Shown here one piece after another: positions 7,751-17,883 of a stretch of DNA of 64,000 nt. The first letter of the stretch is position 1, and every line of letters begins with the position of its first letter. The notes under the pieces are model-generated. The model saw only the letters and a list, made by a program, of their open reading frames with translations, was not told where the DNA came from and made no database searches. A program made the position numbers and the translations under genes. The stretch comes from Candidatus Aegiribacteria sp. Lineage in GTDB: Bacteria > Fermentibacterota > Fermentibacteria > Fermentibacterales > JCC-6. Where the stretch lies: NCBI GenBank assembly GCA_023138735.1, contig JAGLOY010000105.1, forward strand, positions 393 to 64,392, read 5' to 3'.

Positions 7751-10018
7751 ATGCAGCGACTGAGACTTGAGATAAGTGGAGCGGTTCAGGGCGTAGGTTT
7801 CAGACCCTTCGTATACCGTCTGGCTCATCGCTATGGTCTGGCCGGCTGGGTATCCAACACTTCGAAGGGTGTGGTTGTTGAAGTGGACGGGGATGCCGCA
7901 ATACTTGCGAAATTCGCAGACGCTCTTCTTAAGGAAAAACCGGCTATATCAATCGTGCAGAATATTCGCAGCAAGTACCTTCTTGCAGCGGGATACACGA
8001 GCTTCAAAATTCTCAAGAGTACCGGGGGAAAGAAGATGGTCTTCGTGCTTCCGGATCTGGCCACCTGCCCTGAATGCTCGCTTGAGATACTTGACCCGGA
8101 GAACAGGAGGTTTCGATATCCGTTTACGAACTGCACCAATTGCGGTCCGAGATATTCAATAATCAATACAATTCCCTACGACAGGCCTGGCACGACAATG
8201 TCCCGGTTCAGAATGTGCAGTAAATGCAGAAATGAGTACGATGATCCATACGACAGAAGATTCCATGCCCAGCCCAACGCCTGTCCCGAATGCGGTCCTC
8301 ATCTGGAACTCTGGGATTCCGGAGGCGTTACCCTGGCAAGGAGGGATGATGCACTAGGAAAAGCTGCGGCGGAGATACTTGAAGGAAAAATACTTGCGGT
8401 TAAAGGGCTGGGCGGTTTCCATCTGATTGCTCTTGCCAGCTCTGATGAAGCCGTGCGAACACTCCGTTCCCGCAAAGGAAGGAAGATGAAGCCGTTTGCG
8501 CTTATGTTTACATCGATTTCTCAGATCTCCGAATTATGTGTGGTATCATCCGAGGAAAGAAAATCTCTTCAGTCACCACGGTCGCCCATCGTTCTTCTTA
8601 AGAAACGCGATGATCAGAATTCACCCATGCACATCTCTGAACTGGTTTCCCCCTCCAACCCTGAATACGGAGTAATGCTTCCGTATACCCCGCTTCATAT
8701 TCTTCTTATGAATGAGATTGGAGTGCCTGTAATTGCCACAAGCGGCAATCTCAGCGATGAACCCATCTGTACAGATGAAATTGAAGCCCTCGAAAGACTG
8801 AGAGGCATAGCGGATTATTTTCTTGTTCACAATCGTCCTATTACCCGGCATGTTGATGATTCCATTCTCAGGATTTTCAATGGAAGGGAAATGATTCTGC
8901 GGAGGGCAAGGGGCTATGCACCGCTGCCTTTGAGCATGGATGAGGAAGCTGAATCCGTTTTCGCGACGGGAGCGCATCTGAAGAATACCCTGGCTCTCTC
9001 TATAGGGAAGAATGTCTTCACCAGCCAGCATATCGGAGACCTTGAAACTGTGCAGGCGCTGGAGGCTTTCGACGAGGTCTGGAACAGCATAGGAGCCCTT
9101 TACAATGCACATCCCGATATTATCGCCTTCGATATGCATCCGGACTATATCTCATCCGTGAAGGCGAGAGAATCTCATATCAGAGGCATTCCGGTTCAGC
9201 ATCACATTGCCCATATTTATTCCTGTATGCTGGACAGCGGAGCCAGGCCGCCTCTACTCGGTGTTTCCTGGGATGGAACTGGTTATGGTACAGATGGTAC
9301 GGTCTGGGGAGGTGAATTCTTCCGTATCGAAGGTGGAACCGTGAGTCGAATTGCTCATCTGAGGCGATTCCGTCTGCCTGGCGGGGATAAGGCTGCCCGG
9401 GAACCAAGAAGGTCGGCTTTCGGTCTTCTCTTGAAGCTGTATGATGATCCACTTGAGCACCTTCCTCCAGGCACCTTTTCCCAGGGTGAATCGGATATCA
9501 TGAAAAAGATGATATCCTCGAAGCTTAACTCCCCTCTCACATCAAGTGCCGGAAGACTGTTTGACGCGGTTGCATCGATCCTTGATCTTCATCAGATCAT
9601 AGAATTTGAGGGGCAGGCGGCAATGTCCCTTGAGCACATGATCGGGGATAAGAAAACTGAAGAATCCTATCCAGTTGAGATTCAGAGGCCTGAAGGAGAG
9701 CCCATGATCATCGACTGGGCGCCTTTAATCGAAGGCATTATCATCGATGCTTCAGAAGGAATGGATACAGGTATCATCTCTGCGAAGTTCCATAATGCAC
9801 TTGCGGAAAGTATTGCAGCAGTTGCAGAAACAGCTGGAGAGAAAAAGGTTGTCCTCAGCGGCGGCTGTTTTCAGAATGTCTATCTTCTGCAAAAAGTCCA
9901 GGATAGACTAGAGAACATGGGTTACGAACTTTTCATCCACAGAAATCTTCCTCCGAACGATGGGGGGATTGCTCCGGGACAGGTTATGGCAGCACTAATG
10001 ATGAATTCAGAAAAATGA
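7751..10018 (+). CDS. hypF: Carbamoyltransferase HypF
   Basis: Acylphosphatase domain VQGVGFRPFVYRLA. Two zinc fingers: CPEC...CTNCGPR and CSKC...CPECGP. YrdC-like and Kae1-like regions. 755 aa. Confidence 0.95.
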   Translation: MQRLRLEISGAVQGVGFRPFVYRLAHRYGLAGWVSNTSKGVVVEVDGDAAILAKFADALLKEKPAISIVQNIRSKYLLAAGYTSFKILKSTGGKKMVFVLPDLATCPECSLEILDPENRRFRYPFTNCTNCGPRYSIINTIPYDRPGTTMSRFRMCSKCRNEYDDPYDRRFHAQPNACPECGPHLELWDSGGVTLARRDDALGKAAAEILEGKILAVKGLGGFHLIALASSDEAVRTLRSRKGRKMKPFALMFTSISQISELCVVSSEERKSLQSPRSPIVLLKKRDDQNSPMHISELVSPSNPEYGVMLPYTPLHILLMNEIGVPVIATSGNLSDEPICTDEIEALERLRGIADYFLVHNRPITRHVDDSILRIFNGREMILRRARGYAPLPLSMDEEAESVFATGAHLKNTLALSIGKNVFTSQHIGDLETVQALEAFDEVWNSIGALYNAHPDIIAFDMHPDYISSVKARESHIRGIPVQHHIAHIYSCMLDSGARPPLLGVSWDGTGYGTDGTVWGGEFFRIEGGTVSRIAHLRRFRLPGGDKAAREPRRSAFGLLLKLYDDPLEHLPPGTFSQGESDIMKKMISSKLNSPLTSSAGRLFDAVASILDLHQIIEFEGQAAMSLEHMIGDKKTEESYPVEIQRPEGEPMIIDWAPLIEGIIIDASEGMDTGIISAKFHNALAESIAAVAETAGEKKVVLSGGCFQNVYLLQKVQDRLENMGYELFIHRNLPPNDGGIAPGQVMAALMMNSEK

Positions 10019-10031
10019 CAGGAGTATACAG

Positions 10032-10328
10032 ATGTGTCTTGGAGTTCCCGGAAGGATCGAGGAAATATCTGGAAATGATGATCCTCTCTTCATCACAGGC
10101 AAGGTCAATTTCGGTGGTGTACTGAGGGAAGTCATCCTTGCCGGTATTAAGGATGCAAAGATCGGTGACTGGGTTATTGTTCATGCCGGTTTTGCCCTGA
10201 ATAAACTGAACGAGGAAGAGGCTTCGGAAGTATTCGAATATCTGAGACAGATATCCAAATTTGCTCAGAACGAGCTTGAGGATACGGAGGATAGCTCAGA
10301 CCGGACAGAAGAGGCGGGAATAGATTGA
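10032..10328 (+). CDS. hypC: Hydrogenase assembly chaperone HypC, with an acidic C-terminal tail
   Basis: N-terminal MCLGVPGRI signature. Confidence 0.9.
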   Translation: MCLGVPGRIEEISGNDDPLFITGKVNFGGVLREVILAGIKDAKIGDWVIVHAGFALNKLNEEEASEVFEYLRQISKFAQNELEDTEDSSDRTEEAGID

Positions 10329-11419
10329 AGTACGTTTCTGAATATCGGGACAAAGAATCGGCGCTTGCGTATACCGAACTGATCCGAGAGCTGGTCACCA
10401 GGGAATGGAGCATTATGGAGGTCTGCGGCGGGCAGACCCATTCAATTGTCAAATACGGTATTGATCAACTGCTTCCAGATTCCGTAACCCTTATTCACGG
10501 ACCTGGATGTCCTGTATGTGTAACTCCCATCGAGCTCATTGATCAGGCTGCCGAGATCGCCGGGCTTGCAAATGTTATTTTCTGTTCATTCGGGGATATG
10601 CTGCGTGTTCCCGGGAGCCGCAGTGACCTTCTGGGAGTGAAGGCATCAGGTGGAGATATCAGGATGGTCTATTCTCCGATAGATGCGATCCGGATTGCTG
10701 CTGCTAATCCGGACAAGGAGATTGTCTTCTTTGCGGTAGGTTTCGAAACTACTGCCCCTGTTACTGCAGCTGCTGTGCTTCAGGCTGAACATCTTGGTCT
10801 GGATAATTTCTCAATGCTTGTTTCTCATGTTCTGGTTCCGCCTGCAATCGAGGCTGTGCTGTCGGGTGAGAACTGTGCTATCCAGGGATTTCTTGCTGCG
10901 GGTCATGTATGTACTGTGATGGGGTATACGGAATACGAACCAATTGCGGAGAAGTATGGTGTACCGATAGTTGTGACTGGTTTTGAACCACTTGATATCC
11001 TCGAGGGCATTCACATGTGCCTGACACAGCTTGAAGAGGGCAGAACCAATGTAGAGAACCAGTACCTGCGGGCCGTCTCCAGGGATGGAAACAGGGCTGC
11101 TGTTGAAATAATGCGAAGCGTATTCGAGATAACGGACCGGAAGTGGCGTGGAATCGGCAGAATTCCCTCCAGTGGATTCATGCTCAGGGAAAGGTTCACC
11201 AGATTCGATGCAGGAAGGAAATTCGATGTTGGAAGTATTGAAGTTGATGAACCTGCGATCTGCATTTCCGGTGAGGTTCTAAGGGGGAATAAGAAGCCTC
11301 CCGAATGTGCTGCTTTTGGTAATGATTGTACTCCCGAACACCCTCTTGGAGCGCCGATGGTCTCATCTGAAGGTGCCTGCGCAGCTTATTACCGTTTCAG
11401 ACTGGCCAGGGGAAAATAA
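10325..11419 (+). CDS. hypD: Hydrogenase maturation factor HypD
   Basis: Motifs [14 protein letters not shown] and GFETTAP. Overlaps the hypC stop. Confidence 0.95.
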   Translation: MKYVSEYRDKESALAYTELIRELVTREWSIMEVCGGQTHSIVKYGIDQLLPDSVTLIHGPGCPVCVTPIELIDQAAEIAGLANVIFCSFGDMLRVPGSRSDLLGVKASGGDIRMVYSPIDAIRIAAANPDKEIVFFAVGFETTAPVTAAAVLQAEHLGLDNFSMLVSHVLVPPAIEAVLSGENCAIQGFLAAGHVCTVMGYTEYEPIAEKYGVPIVVTGFEPLDILEGIHMCLTQLEEGRTNVENQYLRAVSRDGNRAAVEIMRSVFEITDRKWRGIGRIPSSGFMLRERFTRFDAGRKFDVGSIEVDEPAICISGEVLRGNKKPPECAAFGNDCTPEHPLGAPMVSSEGACAAYYRFRLARGK

Positions 11420-12474
11420 TGAACAACAGCAGAATAACTGAAATGATATGCCCGATTCCTCTTTCCGATTACCCCGAAATTACTATGGCTCATGGCGGCG
11501 GCGGAAGGCTTATGAACGATCTCATCGGGAGGGTCATCTTGAAGGCCTTCTCCAATCCCATACTGGATTCGAGACACGACGGTGCTGTTATTACTGCAGG
11601 GGAGGGAAGGCTGGCCTTCGCAACGGATTCGCATGTCATTACTCCGCTGTTCTTTCCCGGTGGTGACATCGGTGCTCTTTCCGTATATGGAACCGTAAAT
11701 GATCTTGCCATGTGCGGAGCGGATGCAAGGTGGCTCAGTGCCGGTTTCATCATAGAAGAAGGCTTCTCTATGGAGACCCTCTGGAGGATCGTAGTTTCGA
11801 TGGCCGAAGCATCCAGGAAAACGGGTGTATTGATAGTTACTGGAGATACAAAGGTGGTGGACAGAGGTAAGGGAGACGGCATTTATATTAATACTGCTGG
11901 AATAGGCATCATTCCGGAGGGAATCGATGTATCTCCGTCAAGAATATGTGAAGGTGATGTGGTAGTCCTGAGCGGTGACATCGGCAGACACGGTATAGCT
12001 ATAATGGCTGTTCGTGAAGGTATTAAGCTGGAAGGAGCGATCCGCAGCGATCTGGCCCCCCTCGATTCCATGGCCCGGGATCTCATTCGGGAAGGGCTGG
12101 ATATACACTGCATGAGGGATTTGACGCGGGGAGGTCTTGCCAGCGGATTGAATGAGATAGCTTCTATGACCGATTGCTCCATCAGGATAGAGGAGAATTC
12201 AATCCCTGTTCACGATGAGGTTCTGGGTGCATGTGAGATCCTTGGTTTTGATCCTCTTTACGTAGCTAATGAGGGCAGGTTCGTAGTCATCCTTCCAAGG
12301 GAAAACGGGGATAAGGCTGTGGAGATTCTCAGGCGGCACGAAAACGGTCATCAGGCTGAGATAATCGGTTCTGTGGAGAAATCTTCCTACGCTGACCTGT
12401 TGATGATCAGCAGTATAGGTTCGGAGAGGATTGTTGATATGATGAGCGGCGAACAGCTGCCCCGGATCTGCTGA
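11419..12474 (+). CDS. hypE: Hydrogenase maturation factor HypE
   Basis: PurM-like fold. Terminal PRIC motif ends the protein. Confidence 0.95.
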   Translation: MNNSRITEMICPIPLSDYPEITMAHGGGGRLMNDLIGRVILKAFSNPILDSRHDGAVITAGEGRLAFATDSHVITPLFFPGGDIGALSVYGTVNDLAMCGADARWLSAGFIIEEGFSMETLWRIVVSMAEASRKTGVLIVTGDTKVVDRGKGDGIYINTAGIGIIPEGIDVSPSRICEGDVVVLSGDIGRHGIAIMAVREGIKLEGAIRSDLAPLDSMARDLIREGLDIHCMRDLTRGGLASGLNEIASMTDCSIRIEENSIPVHDEVLGACEILGFDPLYVANEGRFVVILPRENGDKAVEILRRHENGHQAEIIGSVEKSSYADLLMISSIGSERIVDMMSGEQLPRIC

Positions 12475-12499
12475 CGAATAAGCCGACTGCTGTCTTTTT

Positions 12500-13708
12500 T
12501 TATTTTGGAAAGTATCCTCTTGCCTGAATTTCGTCATCTGGAATTCTGAGAACGGGTCTAATCAGAGGACCTTCATCTTTCGGACAGATGTTTATATCAA
12601 AACCGAAGATACTGCCTTTCCCAGGTTCACTGATAACGTAAACCCTTCCACCGTGCATGTCGATTATCCGTTTGGCTATTGAAAGCCCAAGACCAATTCC
12701 GCTGACTTTCTGTCCAGAAACATCGTTGTTCTTGATCCTTACGAATTCCCTGAAGAGCTTCTTCTGATCATCCTCTGAAACACCGATACCGTTATCCTCT
12801 ACTTCCAGAGATATCACGGATCTTCCCAGGGTTCTGCTGCGGACAACAATACTGCCGTTCTCCGGAGTGTATTTAATAGCGTTTGTGACGAGATTCGTAA
12901 TCACCTCACGAATGAGGCGTTCAACGCCTCCTACTGGAGGAAGATCAGCTTCAAGATCGGATGTCAGCTTGTGTTTCTTATGATGCGCCAGATCCTGATT
13001 TGCCCTGACAACGTCACTGATAAGTTCGTTAAGGTCAAGCTTCGTTGCCTGCTTCTTTATCTGAGATGGATCCTCCAATTGAGCGAAAAGCTGGAAATCA
13101 CGCAGAAATGACGCTGCTTCGTCCAGTCTTGCATGCATTCTGTCAATCAGATGCTCCTGCTTGGCTGTAAGAGAATCTCCCAGGAGTGTCTGAAGGCTGT
13201 GAAGCAGCATAGTTGTTGCCGAAACCGGGGACTTCATGTCATGTATGGCGATGTGAAGGAATGCCTTCCTGAGTTTTGCGAATTCTCTGAGTGAGGAATT
13301 TGTTTTTCTGAGTCTTTCGCTCCGTTCCCGCAGAGCCTTGTGCGTCTTCTTCAGCTCAATACTGAGCTCTCCGATAACCAGAGCTACAATAATGAAAGAA
13401 AGAATACGAAGTGTGTTTGCCCAGAGAGGACACCCGCAATCGGCAAAAATACTGAAAGCGAGCACATTCACTCCAAGTATAAGAGCCACAAACAGGGCTT
13501 TCCTGCCCCACCAGAAACCGGCGAAAATTATTGGTATGTAAGCAAAATGAGTGTATCCGATTCCCTCACCGCGATCAAGATGAAAGTAAGCGGTGACTGC
13601 TATAAACCCGACCATAAGGACAGATATGATAACGAACCTGTTAGCGGCACTTGGAACACTATCCTGCAGAATTCCAGAATGCGGTAATCTTTTCTTATCT
13701 TCGGTCAT
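12500..13708 (-). CDS. Membrane-bound sensor histidine kinase; no cognate response regulator nearby
   Basis: N-terminal TM helices, H-box HDMKSPVS, and G-box GIGLGLSIAKRIIDMHGG. Confidence 0.85.
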   Translation of the reverse strand: MTEDKKRLPHSGILQDSVPSAANRFVIISVLMVGFIAVTAYFHLDRGEGIGYTHFAYIPIIFAGFWWGRKALFVALILGVNVLAFSIFADCGCPLWANTLRILSFIIVALVIGELSIELKKTHKALRERSERLRKTNSSLREFAKLRKAFLHIAIHDMKSPVSATTMLLHSLQTLLGDSLTAKQEHLIDRMHARLDEAASFLRDFQLFAQLEDPSQIKKQATKLDLNELISDVVRANQDLAHHKKHKLTSDLEADLPPVGGVERLIREVITNLVTNAIKYTPENGSIVVRSRTLGRSVISLEVEDNGIGVSEDDQKKLFREFVRIKNNDVSGQKVSGIGLGLSIAKRIIDMHGGRVYVISEPGKGSIFGFDINICPKDEGPLIRPVLRIPDDEIQARGYFPK

Positions 13709-13782
13709 ATGCTGTCACTTTCCGAGTATACACTTCAGGTTTGAGTTGGATAAGATAGTCTGAAACAGGTACACGTGTCCAG

Positions 13783-15153
13783 TTAGTTAATTATCCATAG
13801 AGCGACGGAGTCGGAGCCGCAAATAACGTTTCTGTCGCTTCGGAAACCTGTGAGGAATTCCAGTGAACTACCGGCTTCCGATATCAGATCAGAGTACTGC
13901 TCCGGGAATGCCAGCAGGTAATCCGACCTGCCCTTTATCCAGAGCCAGCCTTCTCTGCCGGATCCCGGCAGTCTTTGGACGGTGACAAGACCATCAAGAT
14001 CCAGTATCTCCATGTCAGTTATCCATTTTACAGCTCCGATATCGGCTGCCGTAACAGTTTGCTCAGGTGAGGCGACAGAGGCTATGAACTGAGCCGGTCT
14101 TACATCTATAGAGTAAACATCGTACGAAGCGTCTGCTCTTCTTCCTGCAAAGATAATCAGACCCGGCAGCATGGAAACGGCAAGGATGAATACATTCAAT
14201 TTCCTCCTCTGGAGCCCTCCTAACCAGTGTCCGGTTGCGAGTACCAGTGCTGTAAGGGCTGGTACGTAATACCGCATCTGAAAGAAACTGTTGGGCTGAA
14301 GGTAGAGGGATAGAGCGAAAAGCAGCAGTGGAATAAGCGCCAGCGAAACTTCAGACCGTTTTTTCCCCTTGTTCCTGAGCAATCCTGTAATCGAGATAGC
14401 TGCCGCGATAAATAGAAGTGGGGATGTTATCAATAAACCCTTTAAAAGGCCGGGCAGACCAGCATTAGCTGAAGTGAGCCATGACACCGGCTGCTTGGCG
14501 TAGAATGTGGAAGGCAGCGGGAGACCCATAGAATGGATGTTCCAGAACATCCAAAGAAGACCAGCGATTAATGATGGAGCAGCAAGGCGAAGTATGTTTG
14601 AGGGAGTTCTCTCTTTCAGAGAGAGGACAAGAGGTATGGTAAGTATTGCAAGCTCGGGTCTGACAAGGAATGCTCCCATAAGGATATAGGATGAAACTTT
14701 TATCCCGGTTCCGTCCCGTGCGCATCTCCATACCGCGATCACAGCCAGACATGAGAGGGCTGTTTCCATCCCGCTGGAAGCATGGAAGAAGAATGGCCCG
14801 GTCATCAGGAGGAGTATCCCGGCAAAAGGAGGAAGCATGAAAAGAGCTGCGCCTGCAGCCAGCAGAGAAAACACCATCAGTACAGCTGGAGCCCAAGCGG
14901 TTCCAAAAAGAGAAGCCACAGCTGAGGGAAGCAGCCAAAAAGGACTTGTGAATCCAGAAGAGGGTTCTGTATGGTTGAAACTCAGCGGTGCAGCTGTGAA
15001 GAGGCTTCTTCCGTAGACCAGGTGAATGTAGGTATCATCCATTGGAGGGACACTTAGATCGCCCCCGAGTATTAAAAGTAGAATTACTCCCGCGAGGAGA
15101 ATCAGCGGAATGCTGTAGTGAGTGGTTTTTTTTCGTCTCCTGGGCTTCTTCAT
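13783..15153 (-). CDS. Polytopic membrane protein, possible GT-C-fold glycosyltransferase; paralog of 5030-6631
   Basis: MDDTYIHLVYGRSLF loop, many TM segments, and C-terminal ILDLDGLVT shared with the 5030-6631 product. Confidence 0.55.
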   Translation of the reverse strand: MKKPRRRKKTTHYSIPLILLAGVILLLILGGDLSVPPMDDTYIHLVYGRSLFTAAPLSFNHTEPSSGFTSPFWLLPSAVASLFGTAWAPAVLMVFSLLAAGAALFMLPPFAGILLLMTGPFFFHASSGMETALSCLAVIAVWRCARDGTGIKVSSYILMGAFLVRPELAILTIPLVLSLKERTPSNILRLAAPSLIAGLLWMFWNIHSMGLPLPSTFYAKQPVSWLTSANAGLPGLLKGLLITSPLLFIAAAISITGLLRNKGKKRSEVSLALIPLLLFALSLYLQPNSFFQMRYYVPALTALVLATGHWLGGLQRRKLNVFILAVSMLPGLIIFAGRRADASYDVYSIDVRPAQFIASVASPEQTVTAADIGAVKWITDMEILDLDGLVTVQRLPGSGREGWLWIKGRSDYLLAFPEQYSDLISEAGSSLEFLTGFRSDRNVICGSDSVALWIIN

Positions 15154-15449
15154 ACCGATTTTATCACCTCTGCCGGCCTTCCCGTCAAGGGCGGCAGAAA
15201 ACTTTTTGCAGTGGACACGGACTCCGTGTCATATTAAAATTACGGTGTGTTTTGACTTGGAGCTTATCCTTCAATGTGTACCGAGCAGAGAGCCTCGCAG
15301 CTTAGATGGAATGCTTGCAGATTTGAGGAGAATACTAGAAGTATTTGACGATAATAAGCGGGTATTATAGCCAGCTGTGTGGGTTCTATACCGATGCTTC
15401 ATTGTTGGATATGTTCCGAGATTACTGAGCCACCCGGGAGACTGCTTAC

Positions 15450-15821
15450 TTGAGAATAATTGGAGTTGGAATAGATATTGTTGACATCGGTATTTTCAAA
15501 AGCCGTCTAGATGATGGCATGGTAGGTGAATTGTTCCTTCCCGGGGAAATTGAATACTGTTCAACCAGAGCTCGCCCATGGGAAAGCTATGCGGCAAGAT
15601 TCGCTGCGAAGGAAGCATCTTTCAAAGCGCTGGGTATCGGATTGTCACATGGATTGCGCTGGAAAAATATTGAAGTGATAAAAGATGAATCCGGTGCAGT
15701 ATCCGTTCAGCTCAGCGGGAAAGCACTGGAACAAGCAAGAAATATACAGGTAAAGCAGATACGTCTTTCCATCAGTCATTCAGGAGAGAATGCCATTGCA
15801 GTTGTCACGATGGAAGGTTGA
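15450..15821 (+). CDS. acpS: Holo-[acyl-carrier-protein] synthase (4-phosphopantetheinyl transferase)
   Basis: TTG start. GVGIDIVDI and ISISHSGENA motifs. 123 aa. Confidence 0.85.
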   Translation: MRIIGVGIDIVDIGIFKSRLDDGMVGELFLPGEIEYCSTRARPWESYAARFAAKEASFKALGIGLSHGLRWKNIEVIKDESGAVSVQLSGKALEQARNIQVKQIRLSISHSGENAIAVVTMEG

Positions 15822-17599
15822 TTACGTGTCGCAGGATTGGAGGAATCCACTTGAGTAATATCGGATCCTATGTGGAGAGAATACAGAATTTCAACTGGGA
15901 GATTGCAAAGGATGTTCTTGACTGGAAGGAAGGAGAACTTCTTAACATTGGAGCCATCTGTTCGGACAGAATCTGCACCAGAGGTGATGGGAAGAAGACA
16001 GCCCTCATATGGGAAGGTTTCGGTGATAAGAGCGCCAGGTATACTTTCGACGATCTCAGGGTCTATTCGAACGGTTTTGCTGAATTCCTCAGTGAGTTGG
16101 GAATCGAACCCGGAGACAGGGTATGTCTCTTCATGGACAAGATCCCGAGCCTCTATTTTTCATTTCTTGGTGTCCTCAAGCTTGGTGCAATTGCACAGCC
16201 GCTTTTCTCGGCATTTGGTGATGAGTCGCTTGAAGTGAGACTCGCCAGTGCGGGAACCAGGGCAATCATCACAACTCGCAAGCATGTCAGGAAAGTCCGT
16301 AAAATCAAGGACAGACTGCCGAATCTGGAGAAGATCATTGTTGTAGAGGGAAATCCTGACAAACTCAAGGAAGGGGAAATATTCTTCGATGTGGAGAACA
16401 GTGCCAGAATTGAAGAATTCGATGTCTATAAATCATCACCTGAAACTCCTTCTGTTCTTCATTACACATCTGGTACAACAGGTCAGCCTAAGGGAGCACT
16501 TCATGTTCATAATTCCGTTTGGGGCCAGGCGCTGACAGCCAGCTGGGTGCTTGATCTGCAGGATGATGATGTTTACTGGTGTACCGCGGATCCAGGATGG
16601 GTTACCGGAACAAGCTACGGTATCATCGGACCCTGGGCGCTGGGCGTTACGCAATGTGTTCTGGATTCAGGATTTACTTCTTCGAGATGGTACAAATTCA
16701 TTCAGGATAACAGGATAACTGTATGGTATTCAGCCCCTACCGCCATAAGGGCGCTTATGAAAGATGGTGATGAACTGGTCGGTGATTTCGATCTCTCTTC
16801 GCTTCGCCATCTCGCTTCAGTTGGTGAACCACTGAACGCTGAGGCGGTCATATGGAGCGGGGAAGTATTCGACGGGCTTAAATTCCATGACACATTCTGG
16901 CAGACGGAAACCGGTTCCATAATGATTACGAACTATCCCGGAATGGAAATACGCCCCGGATCAATGGGAATGCCTTTTCCCGGCATCAATGCCGCAGTTC
17001 TTGACCTGACCACACACTTGCCGTTAAACGAGGCCGGTAAGGTTGGACTGATAGCTTTCAGTCCCGGCTGGCCATCAATGTTCAGGCAGTACTGGAAGAA
17101 GCCGGACATCTACCGAAGCAAATTTGTAGGAGCTTCTCCCAATGCAATGCCGGATGAACTCAGAACCAATCCAGATCTCTGGTACGTCTCGGGAGACAGG
17201 GCAAGCATAGATAAGGATGGATACTACTGGTTCGTTGGCAGGGACGATGATGTTATAAATACAGGAGGTCATCTCGTGGGTCCCTTCGAGATTGAATCAG
17301 CCCTTGTTGAGCATGAAGCTATCGCCGAGGCTGCTGCGATTGGTAAACCTGATAAAGTCAACATGGAAGTCGTTAAGGCATTTGTCACATTGAAACCAGG
17401 TTTCGAGCCTTCGGATGACCTTGAACTGGACATCATGAATTTCATCAGAAAAAGACTATCTCCTCTGGCGATGCCCCAGGAGATCGAGTATCGTGATAAA
17501 CTTCCTAAAACACGTTCGGGCAAGATAGTAAGAAGGTATCTCAGAGCAATTGAATGGGGAGAAGAGGTTGGTGATATCTCATCCCTTTCCGATGAATAG
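15818..17599 (+). CDS. ACS/MACS-family AMP-forming acyl ligase (short or medium-chain type)
   Basis: Motifs YTSGTTGQPKG, FWQTETGS and PKTRSGKIVRRYL. Start is uncertain: TTG 15818 overlaps the acpS stop. Confidence 0.85.
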   Translation: MITCRRIGGIHLSNIGSYVERIQNFNWEIAKDVLDWKEGELLNIGAICSDRICTRGDGKKTALIWEGFGDKSARYTFDDLRVYSNGFAEFLSELGIEPGDRVCLFMDKIPSLYFSFLGVLKLGAIAQPLFSAFGDESLEVRLASAGTRAIITTRKHVRKVRKIKDRLPNLEKIIVVEGNPDKLKEGEIFFDVENSARIEEFDVYKSSPETPSVLHYTSGTTGQPKGALHVHNSVWGQALTASWVLDLQDDDVYWCTADPGWVTGTSYGIIGPWALGVTQCVLDSGFTSSRWYKFIQDNRITVWYSAPTAIRALMKDGDELVGDFDLSSLRHLASVGEPLNAEAVIWSGEVFDGLKFHDTFWQTETGSIMITNYPGMEIRPGSMGMPFPGINAAVLDLTTHLPLNEAGKVGLIAFSPGWPSMFRQYWKKPDIYRSKFVGASPNAMPDELRTNPDLWYVSGDRASIDKDGYYWFVGRDDDVINTGGHLVGPFEIESALVEHEAIAEAAAIGKPDKVNMEVVKAFVTLKPGFEPSDDLELDIMNFIRKRLSPLAMPQEIEYRDKLPKTRSGKIVRRYLRAIEWGEEVGDISSLSDE

Positions 17600-17618
17600 G
17601 TAACAGAAAGGAACTCAA

Positions 17619-17867
17619 ATGGATAAAATGAAGGAAACAGTACTCGAGTATATAGTCGATGAGTACCTTGATGAAGATGATGAGGATGTAGTATCCTATG
17701 ATTCTCCCCTGATCTCTTCAGGTATTGTCGACAGCTTCTCAATGGTCTCACTTAAAAGATTCATTGAGAATAAGTACAGCATCAAGCTTCCAGATGAAGA
17801 AGCTACACCTGAAGCTTTCGATACAGTGAACTCAATCTGCAGACTGGTTAACCAACATCTGGGATAA
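17619..17867 (+). CDS. Stand-alone acyl/peptidyl carrier protein
   Basis: 82 aa and acidic. Phosphopantetheine-site-like GIVDSFSMVSL. Confidence 0.7.
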   Translation: MDKMKETVLEYIVDEYLDEDDEDVVSYDSPLISSGIVDSFSMVSLKRFIENKYSIKLPDEEATPEAFDTVNSICRLVNQHLG

Positions 17868-17883
17868 ACGGAGGTAGGATCGT

